A DNA stretch of 63,461 nucleotides, the filler included, from Octopus bimaculoides (Eukaryota): the NCBI RefSeq assembly GCF_001194135.2. It is 6 parts of 6 records of this genome, joined end to end, with 100 filler letters (N's around TTAATTAATTAA, not from the genome) between each part and the next. Parts side by side here need not be neighbours in the genome. Positions count along the whole stretch, not along the records: positions 1 to 15,101 come from NC_068997.1; 5 more parts are not named here. The stretch is one strand, 5' to 3'. Positions 1 to 13,223 of the stretch are shown here, in pieces. The notes under the pieces are model-generated. The model saw nothing but the letters and a program-made list of their open reading frames with translations. It ran no database searches and had not been told where the DNA came from. Position 1 is the stretch's first letter; every line of letters begins with the position of its first letter. Both the position numbers and the translations under genes were made by a program.

Positions 1-269
1 TATATATATATGCATATATGTATATGCTTGTATACAGATGTATGTATATGAATATATGTATATGTGTTTATTTGTGTGTATGTATATATATATGTGTGTG
101 TGTGTATGCGTGTATTTGTGAGTGTGTGTGTGTGTATGTGCGCGCGCGTGTGTATGTGTGTGCTTATAAAATAATTTCTATTATCACTTGAACAAAAAAA
201 AAATTACGATGCAATTTTTCAACTGAAAGAATTGAAATAAAATAACATTGACTGTTTATCTTGATTTCT

Positions 270-300
<31 letters not shown>

Positions 301-1000
301 TCTTACTGTTGTTGTTGCTGTTGTAGTAATTTTCATTGTTGTTCTTCTTCTTCATGCTATTTCATTGTTTTTCTCTCCTTCTTTGTTTGAATTAATTTTC
401 TTTCCCTTCTAACTCATTTGAGTTGAAGCCACGTTTGATTTTCACTTGTTTTCCGTATTAACCCAACTGCAATCACCACCGCCCAAACAGGACTGTTGTT
501 GTTTTGGTAATTATTATTATTATTGTTATCATTATTATTATTATTGTGGTATTTTTTAAACTTTTCATTATTGATAATATATTGTAAGTCTAATAATTGT
601 TATGTTAAATGATGTTGTTGTTATTATTGGCGGTGGTGTTGGTAACGTTACTGTTAATAATGCAGGTGTCGGGAGATGGGAGAGGCATAATGCAGTATTA
701 AACTTTTACTGTACTGTCCCTCCACCCCGTCATCTGTTCTCCCCCATCCTGTTATTAATTAAACATATTTATAGTGAAAAAAATAATAATAACGGAAGGC
801 AAAAACGACATATAAGTGTCAGTTGCAGGATTAATGTCTGAATTTCTGGGCGGAAAGTCGAGCAATATATGCTTCACTCACCGCACGCTCTCTCTCTCCC
901 TCTCCCTCTCCCTCTCCATTTTTTCTCTCTCTCTCTCTCATTCTCCCACACAACTTGCGTTGGGGAAATGATGCGCAAAACTTGACTTTGCGGAAGGGAT

Positions 1001-1039
<39 letters not shown>

Positions 1040-1554
1040 CAATATAGAGGAGAGAGTTAGAGAGACGGAAATATATATATATNNNNNNNNNNNNNNNNNN
1101 NNNNNNNNNNNNNNNNNNNNNNNNNNNNNNNNNNNNNNNNNNNNNNNNNNNNNNNNNNNNNNNNNNNNNNNNNNNNNNNNNNNNNNNNNNNNNNNNNNNN
1201 NNNNNNNNNNNNNNNTATATAAATATATATATATAAGTATATATATATATATATATATATATATAAGTATTTATATATATATATTGTCAGTGTTGCGCGC
1301 ACGCACACATATACATATGTAGATTTAGTCCAATGTTCGGAAAACCTTTTGCTTCTGGGTTACGTCCCTCCTTACATTTTAGCTTAAACGCTTACAACGT
1401 TACTCCGATGATTACATAATTAGTACAAGATAAACTATTGTTGTATATCTAATCAATTAAACACTTGAAAGGCTTTCACACTTATAATCGAATCAGTTGA
1501 TAAAGGGGTTTCCGAGAAGCCGGAACGATTAAACTCCTTTGCTTTAGATCTGAT

Positions 1555-2555
1555 GCAAGTCATGCCATTTTTGGTCAAAAGCTGTCTCACTCTCAAGGCA
1601 GTGTGTGCAGGCGCATTGTAGAGATGAAGCCATCACTCTCCACTTTGCCACAGGTCGGGGCGTTTCGTCGTACCACATCTCGTAAACTCTTCAAAGCTTC
1701 CATGTAAAACTTCCATGTAAAACTTCCATGTAAAACTTCCATGTAAAACCTCCATGTAAAACTTCCATGTAAAATGTCTGGTTAACGATTTGACCAGAAG
1801 GAAACAATTCTGTGTGGACAATTCGTTTTGCATCAATGAAACAAATCAGCATCGTCTTGACACTGGACTTCACTTGACACGCTTTTTTGGGGCGTGATGA
1901 CACTGAATGCTTCCATTGACTTGATTATTAGTGCTTCGTTTCCGGGTTGTAGCCATAATATCAGTTTTGATCCCAGTGATGGCCTTCGAAAAAAGGTCCG
2001 GATCAACTTCCAACTGTTCTTTCAGTTCACAACACGCATCCAGTCGTGACTGCTTTTGAACTTCCGTGAGCAAGCATGGCACACATTTTGCCGCAACTTT
2101 TTTCATTCGTTGGCAAGAGCTCCAGGACACACCAATCCTCCAAGATCACTTCATGAATTTCCGTGATGTTTCCATAGTTTCTGGAGGACGACGGTGGCCC
2201 TCAAGCAACAAGTGACCACTCCTAAAGTGTAAAAACCACTGCTCATGGCAGTGTCTTTGTAAGCTGATTGAAGCATGACAAATGTTTCGGCCGTCGTTTT
2301 CCTCAGCAGAAAACAGAATTTCACGGAAGCACGCTGTTCCTTCGTTCCAGCCCTCGCAAAAATCGACGAACAAGGGAGAAGTACTGCAAAACAAAGACAC
2401 ACTCTAAACCAAAGATGTACCATATGGCAGAACGACTTAATAAGACAACGTTGGTCGGCAGACTGATGCCTGAGGGTCGCATCAAGTGGCTCCTAGCGGC
2501 GGAAGTCTGAACTACAACAGTGAATGTTTCCGGTTACTTTTGGGATACCGTCGTA
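1555..2555 (-). mobile_element. Degenerate mariner (Tc1/mariner) transposon, 3'-truncated, frameshifted transposase
   Basis: Minus-strand pieces match mariner transposase: EQRASVKFCFLLRKTTAETFVML (HTH), VAAKCVPCLLTEVQKQSRL, KTMLICFIDAKRIVHTE, RPDLWQSGE. A TA-flanked TIR-like end (rc TACGACGGTATCCCAAAAGTAACCGGAAAC) lies at ~2526-2555. Confidence 0.9.
1697..1774. repeat. 13-bp tandem repeat (CTTCCATGTAAAA) x6 inside the mariner transposase
   Basis: Six adjacent copies counted directly, one with a single substitution. Confidence 0.95.
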
Positions 2556-2609
2556 AAACGAAAGAAAGAAATTTAATTTGAGTGCACGTGGCTAAGAAAG
2601 AATACTGTA

Positions 2610-2635
2610 TCACCACCACCACCACCACCACTACC

Positions 2636-2667
<32 letters not shown>

Positions 2668-2711
2668 CCAGAACAACAACAACAACAACAACAACAAAAA
2701 AAACAACAGTA
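2610..2711. repeat. (ACC)n(AAC)n microsatellite
   Basis: Directly visible; it produces the poly-T/poly-N stretch of ORF 2582..3034. Confidence 0.95.
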
Positions 2712-4850
2712 ACAAGGGCAAAACCTATACGTTCGACATTGAAACTTTCATCAAAGCTGTGGGTAAACTGCATAATGGGAAAGTACTAAGAAGAGACCTC
2801 ATTGTTGGTTACCGGTATAAACAGCTGAAGAAATATAGCAGGCCAAAAATGAAATCACTGTCTTCACTGAACAATGAGTGTTTAGTTTGCCTTGGCACTA
2901 TTTACGAACTGTACATATGCTGCATGAAACTATTTCTCAAAGACCATTGCGTGAGTAGCGATAGGGTCGCTGATGAGCAGACAAGTGGAAAGAAAGGCGT
3001 GCGGAGATACGCCGAACGACATTTAGTCAATTAAGATGTGCTGTCTGAAGTAAGAAAACATCATAGAAACCTTACGAGAGTGTGGATTGATTTCAAAAAG
3101 ATATTGTAATCTATTCTGTATTCAGATTTGTTGTAGCCATTACAATTGGCATAAGTATCTGCTGCATTAATTTCTGCTATCGTAAGCTTCAAGAAAACCT
3201 AGTCTATAATCCTCACTCTGTAATTGAACGTAGAGTGATTGCTTACGATGTTATAAATATTTCAAAAGGAATATTCCGAGGCGGTTGACAGTCTGTCTGT
3301 GATTCTGTTTATTTTGGCCCTAAACCGTTTGTAATTTCTTTTATAAACATTCAGAGATTAAATTTTATGATTTACAACAGAAGGTGATATTAATGTAACC
3401 CATAATTCTTTGTGGACGATCTAAGGATCTACATTTGAAATATTTACGATGCTGAAAAACAGCTGGGTTTAGTCACAATATTTGTTACTGATATAGGAAT
3501 GGAATTTGGTGGTGGTCTCTATCTCCGTCATTCTACACAATGAGTGCTACAAATATCTAAGCGTTCACGAATGTACATCATACACAGTTATTGTCAACTA
3601 AGACAGTAAACAAAGAATATTATACCAGTAAAACAGATATGCCATATCAGAGCACTCTTCATAAAACAAAACATTATCGCACAGTGCATTTGCAGTACCA
3701 GAATTGAATTTGGGTACTCGACTGGTCTATGAAGAAAATCTGCTCCATAGTCATTACACCTCTCAAGATCTTGCCGTCAACTACAAAGTTCCACAGAAAG
3801 TGATATTGACAGACGCCATCCCAGGACAAAAAAAATAATAAATAAAATAAATAAACACATAAATAAATATATACAATAGAAGGGGTTGCTTAGGATCAGT
3901 GCACATGATCTTTAAGTGCCATACAGTACCACTGAAATAGTACTGAAAAATAAAGCAAATAATTTTCCTCCAAGGCGGTACTGAACTCTGCGCAAGGAAC
4001 TCTCATTTTCTGATTACTTGTCATGTGAACACCGAAGTGCAGGATAAGCATATATCAGCATAAATGTTCCATATCACGACAAGATTAAACGTCGGTGTGT
4101 TGGCCATAAGCCATCAATTTTGGTGGGAGGGGACACGTCGATTACATCGACCCCAGTACTCGACTGGTACTTTATTTTATCAACCTGGAAATAATCAAAG
4201 ACAAAGCTGAGATCGGCGTAATTTGAACTCAGAATGTAAAAAAGCTGCCGTAAGAGATACGATTAAGCATTTTATCCGACGTGTTGACGAGTCAGACTGG
4301 TCACAGCTTTCAGAAATATGATAATATTTACATCGAAATTAGCTTCCCTTAGACTCGTGACCGTTACACCCCATCATATCTCGAAGGTTACGCTTTTGCT
4401 GGAGACAGCCACGAAATATCTGATGAAAACAAGGAAATGATGCCATTAAACTTCCAAGATGCAACCATAATTGTCTATTATGCCACTGCTCTATGTAGAA
4501 CAATACATACAGTCAATAACTGCCTAGAAGTGTATCGAGGTACCACCTTGCACTGCAACATGATGTTGATAAAACAATATGTAATGCCATCTGTAGGAAA
4601 GTTTGTCCTGCAGTTCAAAGAAATAACACTTTTATTATTGAATACATACATATCAACACAAAAAATATTGAACATTTCTATATTACTGAAAGGTAACATG
4701 ACAAGCTTGGTATAATTATTTACACAGAAAAACCGGGTATGCCAACTGGATAAAAAAAAGAAATATTTGGAGTTATGTAAATAATTTAAACAGAACAGCA
4801 CAACCGAGTTTCATCAACACCCGGGAGTAGTAAAGACTAGAATTTTGTTT
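2712..4850 (+). mobile_element. Decayed, 5'-truncated non-LTR retrotransposon (R4/Dong-like, RT plus restriction-like endonuclease)
   Basis: Broken frames give AVGKLHNGK..DLIVGY, RVWIDFKK, GIF..DSLSVILFILALNP, FFVDDL and VTDIGMEFG. A C-terminal zinc-knuckle/endonuclease-like region sits at ~4480-4830, and a SINE interrupts the element. Confidence 0.8.
4100..4305 (-). mobile_element. tRNA-derived SINE, family B (GCCTTTCATCC..GGGGTCGATAAA..AAGTACC core), inserted in the LINE
   Basis: Shares sequence with copies at ~5345-5525, 17205-17395, 35885-36080, 36820-37015, 53785-53940, 56905-57115 and 62225-62360. Confidence 0.8.
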
Positions 4851-4871
4851 AATCTTTGACTTAATTTTCAC

Positions 4872-5009
4872 GGGGCTGTGTGGTAAGAAATTTGCTTCTA
4901 GGTTCAGTCCCACTGCTTGTTAAATTGAGAAGTTGTCTTCTACTATAGCCTCGGACCGACCAAAGCTTTGTGAGTGGATTTGGTAGATGGAAACTGAAAG
5001 AAGCCTGTC

Positions 5010-5058
<49 letters not shown>

Positions 5059-5310
5059 CGTGTGTGTGTGTGTATGTGTGTGTATGTGTGTGTGTGAGTG
5101 TCTGTGTGTGTGTTTGTCCCCCACCACCACTTGACAACCGGTGTTGGTGTGTTCATGTCTCCGTAACTTAGCGGTTCGGCAAAAGTAACCAACAAAATAA
5201 GTACCTGACTCTAAAAAATAAATAAGTACTAGTGTCGAGTCATTCGAGTAAAAATTGAAGATGGTGCTCCAGCTTGGCTGCAGTCTATTAACTGAAACAA
5301 ATAAATGAGA
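4872..5310 (+). mobile_element. tRNA-derived SINE, family A, with internal (TA)n(TG)n
   Basis: Head GGCTGTGTGGTAAG..GGTTCAGTCCCACTG and body TGTGAGTGGATTTGGTAGA..GGAAACTGAAAGAAGCC. Repeated at 43232-43700, 52170-52695 and 59950-60390, among others. Confidence 0.85.
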
Positions 5311-5344
5311 TAAATTTCTGCTATTGTACAGGCGAGTTATGTGT

Positions 5345-5525
5345 ATTATAAAATATTGGTTTCAAATTTTGGTACAAGGCCAGAAAGTTCGATCCCCAGT
5401 ACTTATTTTATCGACCTCGGAAAGATGAAAGGCAAAGGTGAGCTCGGCTGAATTTGAACTCAGATCTTGAAAACGGACGAAATGCTGTTCAACATTTTGC
5501 CCGGCGTGCTAACGCTTCTGCCTTT
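5345..5525 (-). mobile_element. SINE family B copy
   Basis: GGAAAGATGAAAGGCAAAG..GAATTTGAACTCAGA matches the other copies. Confidence 0.8.
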
Positions 5526-6441
5526 GTGTATCATAAAATATATTTTATTGATGGAGAAATAGTCAAAAATACTCTCCCCATATTTTCAAATGCATTTCAT
5601 TTTTCTTTATTTATTAGGATTTATGAATATTCGTTATGGTTTGTTCTAGTTTAAGCAACACCCCGAGTTTTATTGAGCCTACATACGTCATAGTTCAGCT
5701 GTGTTTGTCCTAGAACAACCGCTATCCGGTTATATAGAAACATAGTTTTATGGAAGAATATATAAATAGAAAAGTAACCACAAAGCTTGGTGGATAGATA
5801 TTCTTGCTAACATATTTGAAACACATCTCCATATTCACGTATTTTGTAATTCCTTCAGTTATTATATGTTATTGTTTTCATATAATTTAGGGTCTTTCAA
5901 ATTTCAAATAATTTCATATTTCAAAATAATCTCATTTCTTTCTGATTTTCATATTCATTTTAGTTTTTACTTTTACCTATAAGAATGCTAAACGCTAGAA
6001 ACCATATTAGTGTTGTTGTTTTTCTTTCTATTATGCAGAGTGCCTTTATTCATACAAAACTTCAAAACACAAGCCTATTTTTTATTGTATACCTTTTATC
6101 ATGTTTCCTAGCGCATTAAAGCTGAAGCAATGCAAAACGAACATCTCCCTAATCTTACCTCGGAAAATTGAGTACAAAGCGTTTCATTTTATATCTCCGA
6201 TATCCTATAGAAATAGTGAAATTAATTTATTCAGATACTTAGTGAATAATATCTTCTCAAATTCAAACTGGTTCTCAATTGATTTCCTGTGGGAAACATC
6301 TTTCTTTTGTATTTCTTCATAACAAATACTCTCTCTTTCTTTATCTCTATCTAACTCTAGTTGCTGTATATACGTATGTATGTATGTATGTATGTATGTA
6401 TGTATGTATGTATGTATGTATGTATGTATGTATACATGTAC

Positions 6442-6510
<69 letters not shown>

Positions 6511-6669
6511 TATGTGTGTATGTCTGTGTTGGTATTTATGCGTATATGCGTGTGCGTATAAATGAAGGCACGGGCATGTGAGCATGCATGTTTATATATT
6601 CGTCTCCATGTATATGAGAGAATAAAGCGCTTTATTATTTGCACGAGTATATCGATAAACTTATATGTT

Positions 6670-6717
<48 letters not shown>

Positions 6718-8875
6718 TAGTCGGATTGGAGATATAGTTTTGTTTCTCTCAATTATTTCAGTTTAAACACTGGGAATTAAAGTTATATATTTATAGCTTT
6801 CTCAACAAAATGACTTTAAAATGACATGTTTGACTTAATCTATTATAACAATTAATAGAAAATGGTTCTTTCTCTAATTTTAGTTATTTCGAAAATTGCA
6901 ATTTCTTAATATCTTCAATAATATTTCGTTTGCAAAATGAAAGGGAAAAAAATGATTTATTTAAAACAATTTACTAAATTAGTTTAAAATAATCATAATC
7001 TATATTGTCCGGAAGCTTTCTGTTTTAGTATTTTCTCGTGACATTGCGTTTTCGCTTCAAAATAGAGTCCCTTAGAATGAGAAAACATTTGAAAAGTAAT
7101 CGTCTCCAATTTCATATTGTTGTTAATTGTTATANNNNNNNNNNNAAAACGAATATCAGCGAAATAAAGCATGAAATTAAACATGATTTTCAGTTGAATA
7201 TTCTCTAAGTTCGTTCCAGGATATTTTTCCTTTTAACACAAATAACATATTTATTGTTTTGAAAACATTAGGCACATTTGTTTTTTACACATATATAAGG
7301 TTTTAATTTTGTGGGGTTTCACATTATAAGAAATGTACTTGAAGATCCTGTATAATGGATCTTTGTTAAATATATATTGTGATGAAGTATAGACTTAGTT
7401 GCAATTAAGCTCTTGGAAAAACTAGTTCGCATTAGGTAGAAAAAAAAACATAAGCTAACAGCGATGAAATATTCCTTTAGTTTATTTTGTTGATTGCTTT
7501 GAATAGAATTGTAAATATATGTGTTACTTTGGTTATGAGCTTATCACAAACAATATTAAAAATGCTAAATGTTATTAGTAATAAAATCTATCCTCCGTCG
7601 ATTTCTACGATTAGTGCCACAATTGTGCAATCAACTATACTTTGAGTGGTTAAGTACAGACGGTTGTACACTCAACATTATTGTCAGACAGAATCAGTGC
7701 GGCACTCTGTAACAAAGGTAGCCTTTTTTATGAATTGAATTTATTCCATATTCTTACAATCTCCGTCTACACAATTTCCCCTAACAGATACGAAAAAAAA
7801 TCCGCCCAAGATACTAGAAGTGAGATGATACTTGGGGTTCCCTAAATGCAAAGCAAATTTCTTAGCCACGGAGCCGTACCTGCATTCATCAGTATTCTAC
7901 CATTAACACTCATCTACAAGCAAAAACGAACGGCAACCTTGCAAATTATGCTTGCAGTCATTGGAAGAAAGATATAGGAAGGAAAGTAGACTTTTAATGT
8001 AAAATGTCTACTAATTACATTGATATAGTTTTGTCCCTAAGACAGAAAAGCTTGGGTGTAGTTTATTTTTATGTCAGTTATCTAAACGAAAAACTTGACA
8101 GTTCAAATATGACCGATTCTAGTAAATATTCCTTCATTACAATATAAGATGTGTTCTAACCACAGAAAGCTCTAGTGCAAGAAAAGAATCAAATATGAAA
8201 TGTATCATCAGAAGGAAGCATGATCTGGGAATATTAGAAGAAGTGTCTTTTTGTCCACTAACTTATACAGTGATGATATCATTATAGCAAACTTTCTACT
8301 GGCACAAAAATTAGGATGAATAGAAATAGAGTCATAATTGCAAACATTTCTACATAGATTTCCTGCTGAAAATCTCGTTCAAAGTCACATGTGTCTGCTC
8401 ATTATCACCTTAACTGCTCATATTGTTTGTTTGACAGGGTACATCTGTTGCACTCCATATCTAATTTTGTAGCTCAATGGACCCTTCCCCTTCTCTCTCA
8501 CTCTCTCTTTATCTCTTCCTCCCTGTCTCTTACTCTCTACAGTTGACAATAAGATATTTCTAAAATGAATTATGCTATCACTTAGTTCACGGAAGATGGT
8601 CAGTATTATCACAAGAAATTCTAGAAGCTTTAGGTTATTAGGGAGAGGGAATACTTGAAATGTGTGAGTACATTATTTGTGGAAAGGCAGACACATCAAT
8701 CAGGCATGGGGAACCTGCTGGTTAAAAAACCCCCAAAAAACAAACAGTTGAGGAACAAAAGATGATATAAAGAGACTGACAAAGAGAGAGAGAGAGAGAG
8801 AGGGGGAGAAGGAGAGAGAGAGAGGGAGAAGGAGAGAGAGTGTGTGTTTACAGTAAGTTGGTATTAATTAATCAA

Positions 8876-9419
8876 ATGGCTTTCTTTAATGGATGTTATG
8901 AAAATGCAAGCAAAGCAGTTGGTCTGTCATAAATGCTGTTGCAGTTGCATCTTGAAGGGGTTCATCAACTGATCATAACTGAAATATTTTATGATCCTGA
9001 AAAATCTGGTGTTTATGATGCAGTGACTTTACTATTAAGTGACAGGAGTCATGTCGTATAAGAAAAAGTATCTACTACTGGTAAATATGTAAACAAGAAC
9101 TACCTGTTTTATGCTCAGGTCATCGGTGATAAATCCATCGACACTTGTTTAGTGTCTCAAAAGTGGTTACTGGAGGATGGATGGGCACCTCGATAGGATA
9201 AAAAGCAATACATGTCTTGTGGACTACTCAAGGAGGCACCAACTGCTGACCATCTTGCTTGCGAATGAAACATTTGGTCCGAGCATTTTGACGCTCTGGG
9301 CATTTTTGACTCAGACGTACTGGGCTTTCTTTTCTTCTGACCCAGGGAACTCGAACGAGACAAACCTCTCGATAATTACCAATACTTCCCATGGTGGTTT
9401 AAATTAGTTTTGCTATGAT
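8876..9419 (+). pseudogene. Possible decayed coding fragment of unidentified family
   Basis: One frame from ATG 8876 reads about 180 codons of protein-like text with five internal stops (MAFFNGCYEN..KWLLEDGWAPR*..IWSEHFDALGIFDSDVLGFLFF*PRELERDKPLDNYQYFPWWF). No family recognised. Confidence 0.3.
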
Positions 9420-9640
9420 TGTCATTATCACATTTGCACGTTATCTTAGATGACAGGTTTATGGTCGAGCTTCTGGCGCTCTTGGACCCCCGACCATATC
9501 CTTGCTTTCCACTATCGGGGCGGAGATGGCTATCACCAAGCGTGAGCACATGGGTTAGAGTGGCTTTTCCAGCGCCTTTCCCTCACCATCCTCCGGGATA
9601 ACGCCTTTCTTATTTTACCTGCTGGGACCACGACACTGTC
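9420..9640 (+). mobile_element. 3' end of a CRE-clade non-LTR retrotransposon ORF
   Basis: With frameshifts it reads VE(T)SGALGP..LLSTIG....EWLFQRLSLTILRDNAFLIL. This matches the VETxGxxG..WLxQRLSxAIxRGNA C-terminus of CRE-like elements. Confidence 0.7.
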
Positions 9641-10315
9641 TGAATTACAGACAATTGTACGTTTACTCCTTAATGCAAAGTTACTCCATATAAATTCCTT
9701 TTATCTATGACTGACATTTGTGAATTACACTTCTATCAAGCGTCCTTTTCTCATAATCGCAATATAGCTATATGTTCGAACCTTCTAATGTACATGACTA
9801 TTAACCGAGGTTAACTAACCTAAAATATAAACGTAAAGAAAAATATTGGCCCCTCCCCCATATTTCATTATAAAATATACCATTTCATCATGATCATGTT
9901 TATAATGTGGCATAATAAATGCATTTTCATGTTTGATATATGCAAGTTAGATGCTATACAAAGGATGACTCCTACTCGTGTTTATATATTGTATCTTCTT
10001 TAAAAATATGTTCGTTAAAACATGTCATCGCAGTCATTTCATTTAATCCCCTTACATCTCGTTATCCTTAAATATCACACATACGCGCGCGCACGCATAT
10101 ACATACAAATATATGTATGTGTATATAGTACATATATATATATATATATGTATGCGTGTGTGTATACTTACATACATAGATAGATACATACATACATATA
10201 TATATCATTGCCATATGCCGGGAACCCATCCCAATTTGAAACAAACGTCATAATTCAATTACGCTCTATTCGACTCATCTAATTTTATCCCGAGAAAATT
10301 GCAAAATTTGTCATG

Positions 10316-10351
<36 letters not shown>

Positions 10352-12726
10352 GATCTATCTATCTATCTATCAGTCTGTCTGTCTGTCCGTCCGTCCGTCC
10401 GATTGTATGCCTTTGTGTGTGTATATATGTATGTATAAGAGAGAGTGTGTGTGTGTGTGTGTGTGTATTTAGACATGTTTTTGCCTGTTATAGAGATTGT
10501 TTATACAGACACACGCAGCCTCAACACCGTTCCAAGAATAAATGCACCTTTCAAATATTTAAGATATAGGAATGCTGGTGAAAAGTATGAGAGGATAAAT
10601 CGAAAGGAAAGGGGCCCGATTAAAGAACAAACAACGAGTAAATTAAAAAGAACAAGCATAAATGATTAAACTGATATATTTTGATAAAATGTCGACGTAA
10701 TCTGTAGGCTGCTTGACGGCTGCCGTTCTTATTTGTTAGTTCACATGATATATAGCTTTTACACAAACAACAGTTCAGATGTTGAAAACTAACACAGTCA
10801 AATATTTCAATGATATATATCGTGATATATTAGGTTTCTGATCCTCTTTGTCGTCTGGTTTGGAAGACATTACGAAAAAGTGATCCATTGTAAGAAATTA
10901 GTGTAAAAATAGAAACTTCCGGCAAAAGAGAAATTTGTTTTATTGAAACTGAAGGAAAACATTGAAGTCAAGTGAAAGCAATTCATCAAAGAAGGATTTT
11001 TTGTTTAAGGCTGCAATATTATTAAGTCTATAACATCTTATCAGGCAAATCTTCAGGAAATTCTTGATGTTTTCTGCATTATCTTTCGATGAAAGGCAGA
11101 AGTAGATGGAGTGAAAGCAGTTTACTAATCGTTGACGGAAAGAGATTTGATCTGAAATGGTCTCTTTTCAGACAGGTCTTTAGAGTGAAATGTTATTTAA
11201 TTATTTGGCTAAATAGCATAAATAATTAAAAAAAGACTACGTTACAGAAATTTAGGCTGAAATAACGTTATGTAATAAATCTATATCTAAAACAGGAGTT
11301 TATTTGAAGAGTATGCAATGAAAATTTATTGCCACACACCTACTAGAGTTAATTATTTACATTCCATTTTACTTGGTACAATACCTATTTTTTGTAGAAT
11401 AGCAGAATATTTAACTAATTCAATAAATTGCTTGTCAAATACTTAGAAAATTTGATTGCAGCAGTGAAATCTGAACCCCGCAAACTATCGAAATGGCTGC
11501 ATTGCTATAGGTGTTTTACCGCTTCGATCGTCTTCACCACCCGTTTAAGACAACCAAAATCTTCTTCAGTAACAGCAATACACTGTGGTTGTAGCTGTAT
11601 TAGCTATTCTATTCGCGAACAGTATTTTTGAAAATTGGTTAAATCGATTTGAATAAAAAAGAAAGAAGCTACATCGAATGCGGTGATGCTGAATTAAAAT
11701 CTTGCTGAATGGACTGCACCATCCGAACTGAAAAGTATCAGATATATAATGGGGACAATTTTGTTAGTAATACGTTCTCAGTACACATTTGTGACTTTGA
11801 AAATGTGGGACACAGAACTGTAAATTGCAAACTAAGAATAACACAGGATTAAATATGGTAATTCCATAGTTAGATATCTTTATGTATCAAGTTCGAATTC
11901 CAATAAAATCAGCTTTGCCTTTCACCATTCCAGTTTTTATAAAATAAAATACCAGTCAAGCAATGGTGACGATTACGTAGACTGATATATGTCGTAAAAA
12001 ATATGTCATTGTACGTATTCGATCCCAATACGTCAAAGTTGGTTATTGTAACATCAAGAAATTTTCTGTAGTATGTTGCGTTCTCCGAGACCTGCCGTTA
12101 ACAAAATGCTCTCTTAAAACTTGCTCTTATTTATGGTGAGTCTAGATGGAGGAACACAGCTCATGAAGTACATACTTCATGATACTTTTAATGCTCCTTT
12201 AAACTGTTTGCACGTCAATAAGTACTGAAAAGATGTGGGCAGATAGATAATTCTAAAGAGGTGATGTAATTGTTAGTGCGAAGTGATATAACTGTTAGTG
12301 CTAGGTCGCCGGTGGCTAGACTTAACATAGATTATAAGAATAGAAAAGACGAGTGAACTGACAGTGTCTTAAGCAGATGTATGAGATCAGTCGATTGAGA
12401 CGAACTGGAGACATTATTTTAGAGGTAGAAAAGGTTGAGAGATGAGCTAGAACACCGGGAAACCAGAAGGTGGCTGCAAGTGAATTTTAAGACGAGTGGA
12501 TTTTCTCTAGATACGGTCTAAGATATATGCTTTTGTAGAAGCAGTAGTATCTGAAATGAGGACCACTACTCCATTGTAAAACTTATCTGAGTTTCGTGGG
12601 ATCTTAGTAATTATTAGAAGTCGGACAACTTTCTAATCTTGAACAGATCGTACAGTCTTTGGGATGCGATCCTTGCTATGTTAAGGATGTGTTTTTGCTC
12701 GAAAAGATAACTAATGTTTAAACAAG

Positions 12727-13223
12727 TTTATGATTGGAGATACGGCAAAAGTCCCTAGTTGTGCATTGTTCATGTTTAAGTTGGGTGAGGTACAATATAT
12801 TTCTCCATATGAATATTGGTTGATATTTTTTGCTACTAAAATAGGCAATATTAGCGTGGTCCTAGTAATGGTTGCTTTCAATGTATATGGAATCGGTGCA
12901 AGTCTGGTGTGGTGTGTAAGTGTTTGTGGATTATGATTAGTTGATGGACAAGAAATGGATTTGTACTTGTAGTGTAATTGTCCTCTGTAGTAGAAGTAAA
13001 TGTAGTGGAAATAATACCGTCCTCTACTAACGTACTCTATCCTGTTACGATTCAGCTGATGAGTTATGATCTCTCAACATCCACAGCGGTTATTTTTGGG
13101 ACAAGTCGATATATGATAACCACTTTTGACCGTATATCAAGGGTTTTATGATTGGAGATACGGCAAAAGCCCCTAGTTGTGCATTGTTCATGTTTAAATT
13201 GGGTGAGGTGCAATATATTTCTC
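12727..13223. repeat. 79-bp dispersed direct repeat (12727-12805 and 13145-13223)
   Basis: TTTATGATTGGAGATACGGCAAAAG..TATATTTCTC is present twice with 3 substitutions. Confidence 0.9.

Noticed and set aside
7845-7975. HGAVPAFISIL armadillo/importin-like peptide
   Set aside because: The match is too short, stops flank it, and there is no convincing splice context.
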